A DNA stretch of 64,000 bases, taken from the IMG/VR virus record IMGVR_UViG_3300046542_000291, positions 1 to 64,000 of that record; one strand, 5' to 3'. Position 1 is the first letter of the stretch. Every line of letters begins with the position of its first letter. Of this stretch, positions 19,144 through 26,887 are shown one piece after another. The notes beneath the pieces are model-generated. The model was not told the DNA's origin. It did not search any database and saw only the letters and a program-made list of their open reading frames with translations. The translations under genes and the position numbers were made by a program.

Positions 19144-19972
19144 CTGGATTACCTTTTGAAATTCGGGAGGCGTAGGCACGATCGACCATGGTGTTGAAGA
19201 GAACAACATCCCCACGGAAGGCTTGGTGTTCCTGATCACGCATGTAGTAGAACGCGCAGGACGTGACTTCGTGAGCTGCGAACTCGACCTTGTACAGGTT
19301 CTTCATGTTGAAGGCGTAGCAGGCTAACGACGATTCCGAGGCCAGGGAATGTGGCATGTCTTCGGCAGTTGGAAACAGCTCCGCCTTAACGATCAATGTC
19401 GGAACACCCTCGATCATGGCATAGCCGCTGTACTCAGAAATACGACCATCGGTTTCGTAGTTAGCCGTGTAGTACGACATTTCACGAGCGACCGCTGTAG
19501 GTACTACTTTCAGGAAGTCGCCACCATGACTCACGAACTCGATTTCCAGAGCGGAGCACTTGCTCTCGTCTCCCGTGAGATCCAGGTTCAGACACATGCT
19601 AATGTGATACGTTGTAAGGAACCCAGCAACCCGTACGTCGACATCACGGACTACGTAATGTTTCTCGAACAGGTTGTCGATGAGGTACACCAACGCTTGG
19701 TAATGGGTGTTCTGTTCACCCTGGGCATTCTTCGCTTTCAGTCGAATGTTATCCAGGTGAGCTACGATGGCTTGGGCATGGGTACGCCCCAATGGATCGC
19801 GAGCTGCATCCACACGGCAGGTTACAGTCAAGGGACAGTATTTACGTCCACCGGTTGCAAGGTGGTAGATAACGCAGTCATCTTGTCTGATGAGGAACTT
19901 ACCCGTTGCTACCATATCGATGGAGTCAAGAAGGTTCTGTTCCCCACGCATCACGATGGCTTCAGTACTCAT
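19133..19972 (-). CDS. hypothetical protein (279 aa)
   Basis: GAGGA SD. Confidence 0.75.
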   Translation of the reverse strand: MSTEAIVMRGEQNLLDSIDMVATGKFLIRQDDCVIYHLATGGRKYCPLTVTCRVDAARDPLGRTHAQAIVAHLDNIRLKAKNAQGEQNTHYQALVYLIDNLFEKHYVVRDVDVRVAGFLTTYHISMCLNLDLTGDESKCSALEIEFVSHGGDFLKVVPTAVAREMSYYTANYETDGRISEYSGYAMIEGVPTLIVKAELFPTAEDMPHSLASESSLACYAFNMKNLYKVEFAAHEVTSCAFYYMRDQEHQAFRGDVVLFNTMVDRAYASRISKGNPDAV

Positions 19973-20118
19973 GCTTGTTCCTCATTTGCTTCGGGTGCCT
20001 TGATTTGCATCCGCACCACTGTACCTTCTTTGCTGAAGGTTGCAGTGAGGACATTTCCTTTGGAAAGTTGATCCTGAAGCCAAGCGTTCAGGTTGAGTGT
20101 AGGTTGCTGTGAGAGCAT
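19969..20118 (-). CDS. 49-aa peptide MLSQQPTLNLNAWLQDQLSKGNVLTATFSKEGTVVRMQIKAPEANEEQA
   Basis: Hand translation; ATGA coupling to the next gene. Confidence 0.55.
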   Translation of the reverse strand: MLSQQPTLNLNAWLQDQLSKGNVLTATFSKEGTVVRMQIKAPEANEEQA

Positions 20119-20191
20119 TACATTTTCTCTAATTAAGTTTTACTAAGTATAAGGAAATAGTATCCGGGACCCCCCCAAAGGGTCCCCCCCG

Positions 20192-20202
20192 TATACTATT
20201 AC
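20192..20202 (-). promoter_or_regulatory. GTAATAGTATA promoter-like motif
   Basis: Same motif as upstream of the tRNA genes, here co-oriented with the minus-strand phuZ operon. Confidence 0.5.
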
Positions 20203-20257
20203 TAATTATATCTGAATAAATCAAAAACGAAAAAGCTTTTTAAAGAAGCTTTTAAGT

Positions 20258-20485
20258 CTATTTGTTAGGGTTCTTCGAACGACTACTACGGGTATGGTCA
20301 GCATGACCCCTACCCTCTTGTCGAATAACTATTCGATTCTTCTTGATCTTTGCTCCAACAAGGATTTCCAGAGAATCAGCTTTTTGATTTACCCATACAA
20401 CGAATCGATGGAACCACCCCTTGGGAGGACCATACCCATCGTTATGCGCCGCGGCGGCCGCGCGCTTTTTCTCTTTGTTGGACAT
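20258..20485 (-). CDS. small basic protein (75 aa), paralog of 20505..20723
   Basis: MSNKEKKRAAAAAHN... Confidence 0.7.
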   Translation of the reverse strand: MSNKEKKRAAAAAHNDGYGPPKGWFHRFVVWVNQKADSLEILVGAKIKKNRIVIRQEGRGHADHTRSSRSKNPNK

Positions 20486-20504
20486 GATTACCTACCCGAG
20501 ATAG

Positions 20505-20723
20505 TTACGTACGTTTGTTATGGATTCGAGAGCGCGTCTGCCGAGCTTGGTCGGCATGACTGAATCCACTGTTACGCATGCCGTTCCGTTTCACGGAAGC
20601 ATCTTTCCAGGCAGCGCTCTTCGCTACTACCCAGTCACACAGCCGCTCAACCAATCCACGCGGAGCAACATAATCGTTGTTATGCGCAGCGGCGGCACGA
20701 CGCTTCTTTGCGTTATTCGACAT
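20505..20723 (-). CDS. small basic protein (72 aa), paralog of 20258..20485
   Basis: MSNNAKKRRAAAAHN...; start moved to this Met. Confidence 0.7.
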   Translation of the reverse strand: MSNNAKKRRAAAAHNNDYVAPRGLVERLCDWVVAKSAAWKDASVKRNGMRNSGFSHADQARQTRSRIHNKRT

Positions 20724-21018
20724 CTTTGCTTTCCGTTGCATTCGGGTAAAGAGCCATGGTCTCATTACGGCCAGTTTGAGAAGTCTCACCCGTGATCTTA
20801 ACCAGGTCATGGATGTTACCCAGGAACTTCCCTTCAGCGTGAGGCTCATTCTTCACAGCAAGATCATTATTGATCAAGTGATGGAAGTCATGCATGGCAC
20901 GGACGCGTTCGATCTCTTTGCTTTCTACAAAGATCTCGTTGTGGAGCGCTGCACGCTCTCGTTTGATCTGCGATTTGGATTTCGCAAACAAGGGCTGGAT
21001 CGTGGCATTCGGATTCAT
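20713..21018 (-). CDS. hypothetical protein (101 aa)
   Basis: GGAG SD, coupled. Confidence 0.65.
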   Translation of the reverse strand: MNPNATIQPLFAKSKSQIKRERAALHNEIFVESKEIERVRAMHDFHHLINNDLAVKNEPHAEGKFLGNIHDLVKITGETSQTGRNETMALYPNATESKDVE

Positions 21019-21803
21019 TACAGAACTCCTACAATTTCTTCCAGGAAGAAAGCAGTTTGTGGACGCAACTCGTTGGTCTCAGGATCTACCTGGGACAGAG
21101 CGCGATACGAGAAAGTGAACGAATGGTCACCAACCGCCGTTACCACCTCATGAAGGCAGCCTATGGGGTTCTGTGACATGCGGTAGTGCTGTGTAACCTG
21201 TTCGGGGCCAACCATGTACACCTTTTGTGCACGAGCTCCCAGAACGCGCATCAGGTGCTCTGCTGGATCACGCAGGTACACCGGGAAATGTTTGCGCAGA
21301 GCGTACATGGTGTCGGTTACACCAACAGCCCAACCATTGATGTTCTCCGGGAGAGGGCGATCTGCGAAACAGAACATCTTACCCATGTTGATGGACAGGT
21401 AGGGTTTGCCATTCAACTGCACGAGGCGCTCCATGTTACCGTTCTTGAACGACAGGCCATGCTCGTTTGCTGTCGTCTTGTAGATCTGGGTAGACGACTT
21501 CACAATTGGATCATGCAACAAGGCATGTTGACGGATGATCTCAGCGATGAAGATCAGACCTTCTTCTTGATCAACCACCCCTTTCCACTGGTAACCCAGG
21601 TACATTTCTGAACCGATACACATGTAAATGCTACGACCACCCAAGGACGAAGATTCGAACTGGATAACCAGATCCGTTTCCGTGTCTACATGGCGATCAC
21701 TGTAACGGACATTCGAACGACGCAGGTTGGTGAGCATCTGCGTGGTCACGCCCAGTGCATTGAACTGAGCGATGGAAACTTTGGCGCTGCTAATAACAGA
21801 CAT
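21018..21803 (-). CDS. hypothetical protein (261 aa)
   Basis: AGGA SD downstream of an early promoter. Confidence 0.75.
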   Translation of the reverse strand: MSVISSAKVSIAQFNALGVTTQMLTNLRRSNVRYSDRHVDTETDLVIQFESSSLGGRSIYMCIGSEMYLGYQWKGVVDQEEGLIFIAEIIRQHALLHDPIVKSSTQIYKTTANEHGLSFKNGNMERLVQLNGKPYLSINMGKMFCFADRPLPENINGWAVGVTDTMYALRKHFPVYLRDPAEHLMRVLGARAQKVYMVGPEQVTQHYRMSQNPIGCLHEVVTAVGDHSFTFSYRALSQVDPETNELRPQTAFFLEEIVGVL

Positions 21804-21843
21804 GGGGTGTTCCTATTTGCGAAGTAGGTTAAGATACACTACT

Positions 21844-21859
21844 GTAATGTAGACTTAAG
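21844..21859 (-). promoter_or_regulatory. early-type promoter CTTAAGTCTACATTAC
   Basis: Match to the repeated motif. Confidence 0.65.
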
Positions 21860-21875
21860 AATTCTTAGAATGCGG

Positions 21876-21905
21876 CATAGTGCCTCCCTCACGGGAGGCT
21901 TTATG
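21876..21905. terminator. hairpin terminator
   Basis: GCCTCCC-TCAC-GGGAGGC, CATA/TTTATG flanks. Confidence 0.75.
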
Positions 21906-22208
21906 TCATCCAGCCCGTTTAGGTTGGATATCAAGCACCGAGGGTGCGCGCGCAGCCAGGTAGGCCAAGAAGGTGGCCTTGTCGACAACGGTGGAGCCTG
22001 GAGCGGTGTAATACGCCACGGAGAGCTTCAGTGGGGTGAGGCGATGGTCCTTGATGTTCTCATCTACCAGACGGACTTCAATAGTCGGTGGGGCAGGGAG
22101 ATAATCTTTGAGGCTGAACTCACGACGAAAGACTTCGTACGCCGTGTACTCGTTGCAGTTCAGAGTGGTCTTCAACTCGTCAATGGTGACTTCAAACGCG
22201 ATGGCCAT
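21906..22208 (-). CDS. hypothetical protein (100 aa)
   Basis: AGGA SD. Confidence 0.7.
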   Translation of the reverse strand: MAIAFEVTIDELKTTLNCNEYTAYEVFRREFSLKDYLPAPPTIEVRLVDENIKDHRLTPLKLSVAYYTAPGSTVVDKATFLAYLAARAPSVLDIQPKRAG

Positions 22209-22217
22209 GTAAATTCC

Positions 22218-22994
22218 TTACAGGTCGTAGTATTCGTGGTAAGCAGCAAGCTGCTCGTCAGACAGGGCATTACCTTGGTGAGTCAAGATAACCTGGATGT
22301 GGGAATCATCGTTACGTTTCACCCAACCCTGGATTGTCCAGTTGTAATATTCACTGATCGCCGTTTCTTCTACCGAAGTAAAGGAAACACCCAGCCGCAT
22401 CAGTCGGGTAATCAAGCGAGCCAACGACCGGCCTTGTTCACCAGGTACGTTTCCGATGACGTCCCAGATACGTGGCTCCATTGTAGGTGGATCGGTAATC
22501 ACACCTTTTATTGGAACAAAGTCCAACTTGAATGGGATGACATCCATACCTGGACTGATCGGTCGATAGATCTGGTAACCGAAACCACCACAGACATTCC
22601 GCAGATGGAAGCCAGCATCGGGTTCTGCCAGCTGCAAGGCCTCCAGATGATCCTCCAGGGCACGTACTACACCCGAGTTGTACCGAATTGCCGATTCAAT
22701 CCAATCACGCTCAAAAGCGCGCTGAGCAGATTCCTTCGGAAATTCTTTCCGCACACTGTACCCCACTTGTTCACCCGTTTCATTGTCAGTGATGACAAAC
22801 ATGTACGAGGAAGCATCCGTGAGTTGGAACTGTACCTCGAATCGAGTAGGGTCACACAACGGCCCTACTACCCGGCAATCTTTAATTGCCTTGATCTTGT
22901 TCTGCATCGCCTTATAGACGTCGCAGGGTCCACCCAGTCCACTGAGATCAATACTCGTGTCTGGTGTGGGTTTCTCGCAGCGGCGATATTCCAT
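22218..22994 (-). CDS. hypothetical protein (258 aa)
   Basis: GGAG SD. Confidence 0.75.
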   Translation of the reverse strand: MEYRRCEKPTPDTSIDLSGLGGPCDVYKAMQNKIKAIKDCRVVGPLCDPTRFEVQFQLTDASSYMFVITDNETGEQVGYSVRKEFPKESAQRAFERDWIESAIRYNSGVVRALEDHLEALQLAEPDAGFHLRNVCGGFGYQIYRPISPGMDVIPFKLDFVPIKGVITDPPTMEPRIWDVIGNVPGEQGRSLARLITRLMRLGVSFTSVEETAISEYYNWTIQGWVKRNDDSHIQVILTHQGNALSDEQLAAYHEYYDL

Positions 22995-23041
22995 GGAAAC
23001 TCCAAAAATAAACTGTACTACAGAAGATAAAAGAAAAACAA

Positions 23042-23066
23042 CATAGCCGGGGACCCGAAGGTCCCC
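23042..23066 (-). terminator. hairpin terminator
   Basis: GGGGACC-CGAA-GGTCCCC with a minus-strand U-tract. Confidence 0.7.
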
Positions 23067-23078
23067 AACTTGGTCACG

Positions 23079-24053
23079 TTACAGCGACGACGTACCCAGG
23101 TTCAGGTTGACAGTCCAATGACGACCGCCGTTACCTTCAGCATCAGGAACAACACCACGCACCGATACAACGTTACGACCAGAACTGACGTTCGCGCCGA
23201 TGTTGACCAGTTTGAAGTTACCCAAGATGCCGATGAATTCAGCCAGGTACTTCAGGCACTGTTCTTTCGGCAGGACCAGGTTGCCCACCAACAAGGAATC
23301 AACCGTTGCGGTCCAGTTCTGATCCGACAGGTAGGTTTGTTCACCCAGGCCTTCAGCCGAGGTCGACCAGCTGTTGGTACTGATCAGGGTATCCCAACCA
23401 GTGACGCCCTGTACATTCAGCGCCGGGTTGCCTGCAACACCTTTACCATTGGCCGTTTCACCACCAGACAGGAAGCCGTCTTCAGTGTAGTGCGGAATGT
23501 CGATAGCCAGCTTCGGCGCGACGAACTGGCTACGGTAAGCATTCAGGTTCAGTTCGAAGGAACCCGTACCACCGGACATGTCGATGCGCAGCATGTTACG
23601 GTTTTCACCGAGATCCAGGTTCGCATGCTGGACCACGAAGTGGACCGACAGGAGTTTCTCGAAGGCTTTGGCCATTGCGCAGGCCGCCGCTTGAACGGTC
23701 GGGTCGATTGCATGTACAAGCAGGGCAACGAACATACCGCGAACTTGTTCAGCCGAGATGACCTTCTTCTCGTTCTCGCCGCCCCATGGGCTACGGCACG
23801 CGCCGGTGGCGTTGTACTCGATGGTGCCGAAACCGTTCTTGTTAGCGTCGATCACAACGATGCTTTCGCTGGTGCCTTGGCTATAACGATTTCCTTGCGG
23901 AGCTTTGTGCCATGCGATGGTGCCTTCCGCAGGGAACAGTTCCAGGAGTTCTTTCTTCAGGATGTCAATTTGGCACATTCGGGTGTCAGTCCTTTCATTG
24001 ATGTGGGCCATAGCCCGTTTAGCGAGATACTCACGAACATAGAGCATCCACAT
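23079..24053 (-). CDS. hypothetical protein (up to 324 aa; start uncertain)
   Basis: Long ORF below an early promoter. Confidence 0.75.
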   Translation of the reverse strand: MWMLYVREYLAKRAMAHINERTDTRMCQIDILKKELLELFPAEGTIAWHKAPQGNRYSQGTSESIVVIDANKNGFGTIEYNATGACRSPWGGENEKKVISAEQVRGMFVALLVHAIDPTVQAAACAMAKAFEKLLSVHFVVQHANLDLGENRNMLRIDMSGGTGSFELNLNAYRSQFVAPKLAIDIPHYTEDGFLSGGETANGKGVAGNPALNVQGVTGWDTLISTNSWSTSAEGLGEQTYLSDQNWTATVDSLLVGNLVLPKEQCLKYLAEFIGILGNFKLVNIGANVSSGRNVVSVRGVVPDAEGNGGRHWTVNLNLGTSSL

Positions 24054-24116
24054 TTAATCATCTTCAGATAATCATGTGGACAAGTAGTTCTTTACGAACG
24101 AGCTCCATTCACTGTA

Positions 24117-24132
24117 GTGATATAGATCTGAG
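24117..24132 (-). promoter_or_regulatory. early-type promoter CTCAGATCTATATCAC
   Basis: Match to the repeated motif. Confidence 0.6.
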
Positions 24133-24182
24133 ATTTAATGCAGTGCAGGCACTCAATGATGTGATTATTTAGGAGTTGCCTC

Positions 24183-25427
24183 ATGAGCGAAACAACTATT
24201 GTCGACCTGTTCGACATTCACTTCGCAGACGTGCGAATTGACCGTATGCTCTGCAAGCGCATCATCGACTACACAACCCGTTACATGAACCGCAACGAAG
24301 ACCACTCTGCTTTCTTTGGTGGTGCGTTGCTCGGGGTTAACCCAATTCGTTTCTTCCCGTCCGATCGGGATGAATGGTTCGACAACGTGTTGGGTGTGAA
24401 CGAAGAGCTCTTGCAGCACGATTTCCTTAAACTGGAAATCATCGATCCAAGCCACAACGTTAACTCGGATGTGTACAACCACATTCCAGCGTACTTGTCT
24501 CGCCGGATCAACCAGGACATGTCTTTGCCAATCAACCTGCGTGAAGAGGCTATGATTGCCCTGTTCACCATGTTGCACATTAAGTACATGACCTCGCTGT
24601 TTGTTACCCGCTTTAAATACCCGGCGAAACGAGAAGTGGCTGAGGCTACTTTCATGGCCCTCAACTACAAGTGGGACATCCGACGTCTGGGTAGTTGGCA
24701 CGCACTGATTCGTGACCGTGCTTTGTCGATCATTGGCAAAGACACGAACTACACCCCGCACATCTTTGGTCGAGGTCCTACTTTAACGGATTACTGGTCT
24801 ACCCGGATTGTAACCGACACGCAAACACGTATTCGGGAAGTGATCAACAAGATGTACGCTGTCTACATCCGCTGCCTTAACGAAGGCTCTCGGGTTGTTA
24901 CGACTTCGGACATGGGGGTCAGTACGGACGGGGAGGCATTCCTTCGGGACAAGGTGGGTGGTTATCCAGCTTACTTGCACTACATCCATGAAGTGGTTCA
25001 GAATGAGAACAACTTCATTCGACCTGAACTCCTGGGGGTAATCGAACGGTCGATGATCGATTCGATGCCATCGGCTCCGTTTGAACAGACGCTCAAGTAC
25101 ATCACCAACAACGTTAACTTGCCGAAGACCAAGTACATCAACGAAATGATTGACGAATGCTTGCTTTACGCATTTGACTTCATGCAGTCGATCCGTACCC
25201 AGGTGGCACGTAACAATGACCTGGAAGGGCTGATCACTAAGATCCGTGCTCGTATCATGGCATCGCGTTCTTCTGACTCCCGTGTGTTGTATCTGCGCGA
25301 GACAGGTGAGAAGTTGGTGAAGGAAGCCACTGGTCTGCGGAACCCTGCGGTGTTGGCTGCTTGCCGTACAGGGGTCATGCTGTATCTGATCCTTCGGACG
25401 TTGACCAAAAGCTACTACACCCGGTAA
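24183..25427 (+). CDS. virion structural protein (414 aa, phiKZ gp32-like)
   Basis: AGGAG SD; FFGGALLGV motif recalled for this conserved family. Confidence 0.75.
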   Translation: MSETTIVDLFDIHFADVRIDRMLCKRIIDYTTRYMNRNEDHSAFFGGALLGVNPIRFFPSDRDEWFDNVLGVNEELLQHDFLKLEIIDPSHNVNSDVYNHIPAYLSRRINQDMSLPINLREEAMIALFTMLHIKYMTSLFVTRFKYPAKREVAEATFMALNYKWDIRRLGSWHALIRDRALSIIGKDTNYTPHIFGRGPTLTDYWSTRIVTDTQTRIREVINKMYAVYIRCLNEGSRVVTTSDMGVSTDGEAFLRDKVGGYPAYLHYIHEVVQNENNFIRPELLGVIERSMIDSMPSAPFEQTLKYITNNVNLPKTKYINEMIDECLLYAFDFMQSIRTQVARNNDLEGLITKIRARIMASRSSDSRVLYLRETGEKLVKEATGLRNPAVLAACRTGVMLYLILRTLTKSYYTR

Positions 25428-25445
25428 CAAAAAAAGAAAGGTAAA

Positions 25446-25472
25446 GCCCTCCCCGAAGGGAGGGTGCTTTAT
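25446..25472. terminator. bidirectional hairpin terminator
   Basis: CCCTCCC-CGAA-GGGAGGG between convergent genes. Confidence 0.75.
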
Positions 25473-25720
25473 CACGCATACGTCGGACTGTTACTCCTGA
25501 ACGATTCACCAATAGGTAGACCGTTTTGGAAGATCCGACACTCCACTAGTCGCCGAACAGCTCGACCACAGATGTTGCGTGCTTTCTCTACCGCATCCGT
25601 GAGCGAAGAGGCTTTTACGTTGTACGACGTGACCTCCTCAACTGGTAAGCGGTGAGGAGTTCCCATTTGATCAATCTCAAATGTTGGCGTACGCTGCAAA
25701 ACTTTTACTTCGATGTACAT
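25472..25720 (-). CDS. hypothetical protein (82 aa)
   Basis: Preceded by the triple ACTCA-N6-TGAGT leader. Confidence 0.65.
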   Translation of the reverse strand: MYIEVKVLQRTPTFEIDQMGTPHRLPVEEVTSYNVKASSLTDAVEKARNICGRAVRRLVECRIFQNGLPIGESFRSNSPTYA

Positions 25721-25832
25721 GTTATGTACTCATTCCCGTGAGTTGCTGTTGCGATACCCCGAAGCTCAAACTTCGGGAAGTTATGTACTCAGTCGTATGA
25801 GTTGATGGTGTTGTACTCAGTTGCATGAGTTG
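25721..25832. repeat. three copies of (GTTA)TGTACTCA-N6-TGAGTTG
   Basis: Copies at 25721-25745, 25780-25804 and 25810-25832; each has a 5-bp dyad around a variable 6-nt centre. Confidence 0.85.
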
Positions 25833-25851
25833 TGTTGGCTACGAATGTCAT
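25789..25851 (-). CDS. possible 20-aa leader peptide MTFVANTTHATEYNTINSYD
   Basis: AAGGA SD 8 nt upstream of ATG; reads through two of the repeats. Confidence 0.4.
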   Translation of the reverse strand: MTFVANTTHATEYNTINSYD

Positions 25852-25925
25852 GGGTGATTTCCTTGACGTTAGATGTATCCGGCGAGTCGCCGGGATTGTT
25901 AGGGATTTAGACGCTCCCCAAACGG

Positions 25926-25958
25926 CATAGTCCCACCCCTGCAAGGGTGGGCTTTATG
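25926..25958. terminator. hairpin terminator
   Basis: CCCACCC-CTGCAA-GGGTGGG, CATA/TTTATG flanks. Confidence 0.7.
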
Positions 25959-25975
25959 TCGTCTAGGGTTTGTCC

Positions 25976-26173
25976 TTACGTTAAGCGGTTAAAGCTCTGG
26001 ACCGCTTGTTCCAGTATTGCGTGTTTGAACTGGACTTTCACTTTCAATGAAGCGTTGTTCAATCGCCGACGGTTCTTGTCTTTGTCAGCGGTGAGTTTCA
26101 ACTTCAAGGCGAGGCGTTTGAATTCCTCGTGTGGGTTGTCCTGAACAAACTTCTTGAATTCCCGGTTGTTCAT
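25976..26173 (-). CDS. small basic protein (65 aa)
   Basis: GGGGA SD. Confidence 0.65.
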   Translation of the reverse strand: MNNREFKKFVQDNPHEEFKRLALKLKLTADKDKNRRRLNNASLKVKVQFKHAILEQAVQSFNRLT

Positions 26174-26187
26174 GCTGGCTTCCCCGG

Positions 26188-26553
26188 TTAGACGCTGTAC
26201 TGTAACTTCAGTTCTTTGTAGAACTTCAGAGATGTAACTTCACGCTCACTCCGTGCTTTGGCGGGGTCGCCTGGAATGGTCGCAGCGTCAGCTTGCTTTT
26301 GATAGAACGCGATTTCGGTATCGAGCTGCTCGGTCGTCATCACGCCCCACATTTTGGAAAGGCGTTCGAACGCTTCTCGATCTTCGGCTGTCATTGCCGT
26401 AGTGTCAATCTGCATCGCTTTGCTCCGCATGTGTTTTGTATAGTGGTGATGCCATGAACCACAGAACGGGTAACCGTGGACGGTTTGGTGTCTGTGGTAC
26501 AGGCGGTTGAACTCCCATGTTTCGTCGCGCTTCGCTTCCTTACGGGCATTCAT
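26188..26553 (-). CDS. hypothetical protein (121 aa)
   Basis: ATGA coupling. Confidence 0.7.
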   Translation of the reverse strand: MNARKEAKRDETWEFNRLYHRHQTVHGYPFCGSWHHHYTKHMRSKAMQIDTTAMTAEDREAFERLSKMWGVMTTEQLDTEIAFYQKQADAATIPGDPAKARSEREVTSLKFYKELKLQYSV

Positions 26554-26882
26554 TGCATTTGCTCCGATAAGGTGTTGTAGAACGCTTGTACTTCAGGAGC
26601 GTAATACTCGATCTCTTCTTTGGTGAATACACCATCGGGGTAGATGATGTACGAACCGGGTTGGAGAAAGGTGTTGGACGGGTTGGTATAAAGCTCCCCA
26701 GTTTCAGCGTACTTGCAGAGACTGTCCTCGTCGCAGATGACCAGGCTAGACTGCAGGTACATTTGGGTGAGCTTATCAGCATCGATCCGCTTGTGCTGGA
26801 TCACCCCAGCATAGGCGTTACCTGCCACGGCTACACTGAGGAGAGTTGCGAGGGTGAAACTTTTGATCCAGCTTGCAGACAT
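26550..26882 (-). CDS. putative secreted protein (110 aa)
   Basis: Signal-peptide-like N-terminus ending AYA. Confidence 0.7.
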   Translation of the reverse strand: MSASWIKSFTLATLLSVAVAGNAYAGVIQHKRIDADKLTQMYLQSSLVICDEDSLCKYAETGELYTNPSNTFLQPGSYIIYPDGVFTKEEIEYYAPEVQAFYNTLSEQMQ

Positions 26883-26887
26883 GCTAT

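Noticed and set aside
25721-25832. CRISPR-like interpretation of the triple repeat
   Set aside because: Spacers are 5 and 34 nt, variation lies inside the repeat centre, there are only three units and no cas genes. No CRISPR array was seen anywhere in the window.
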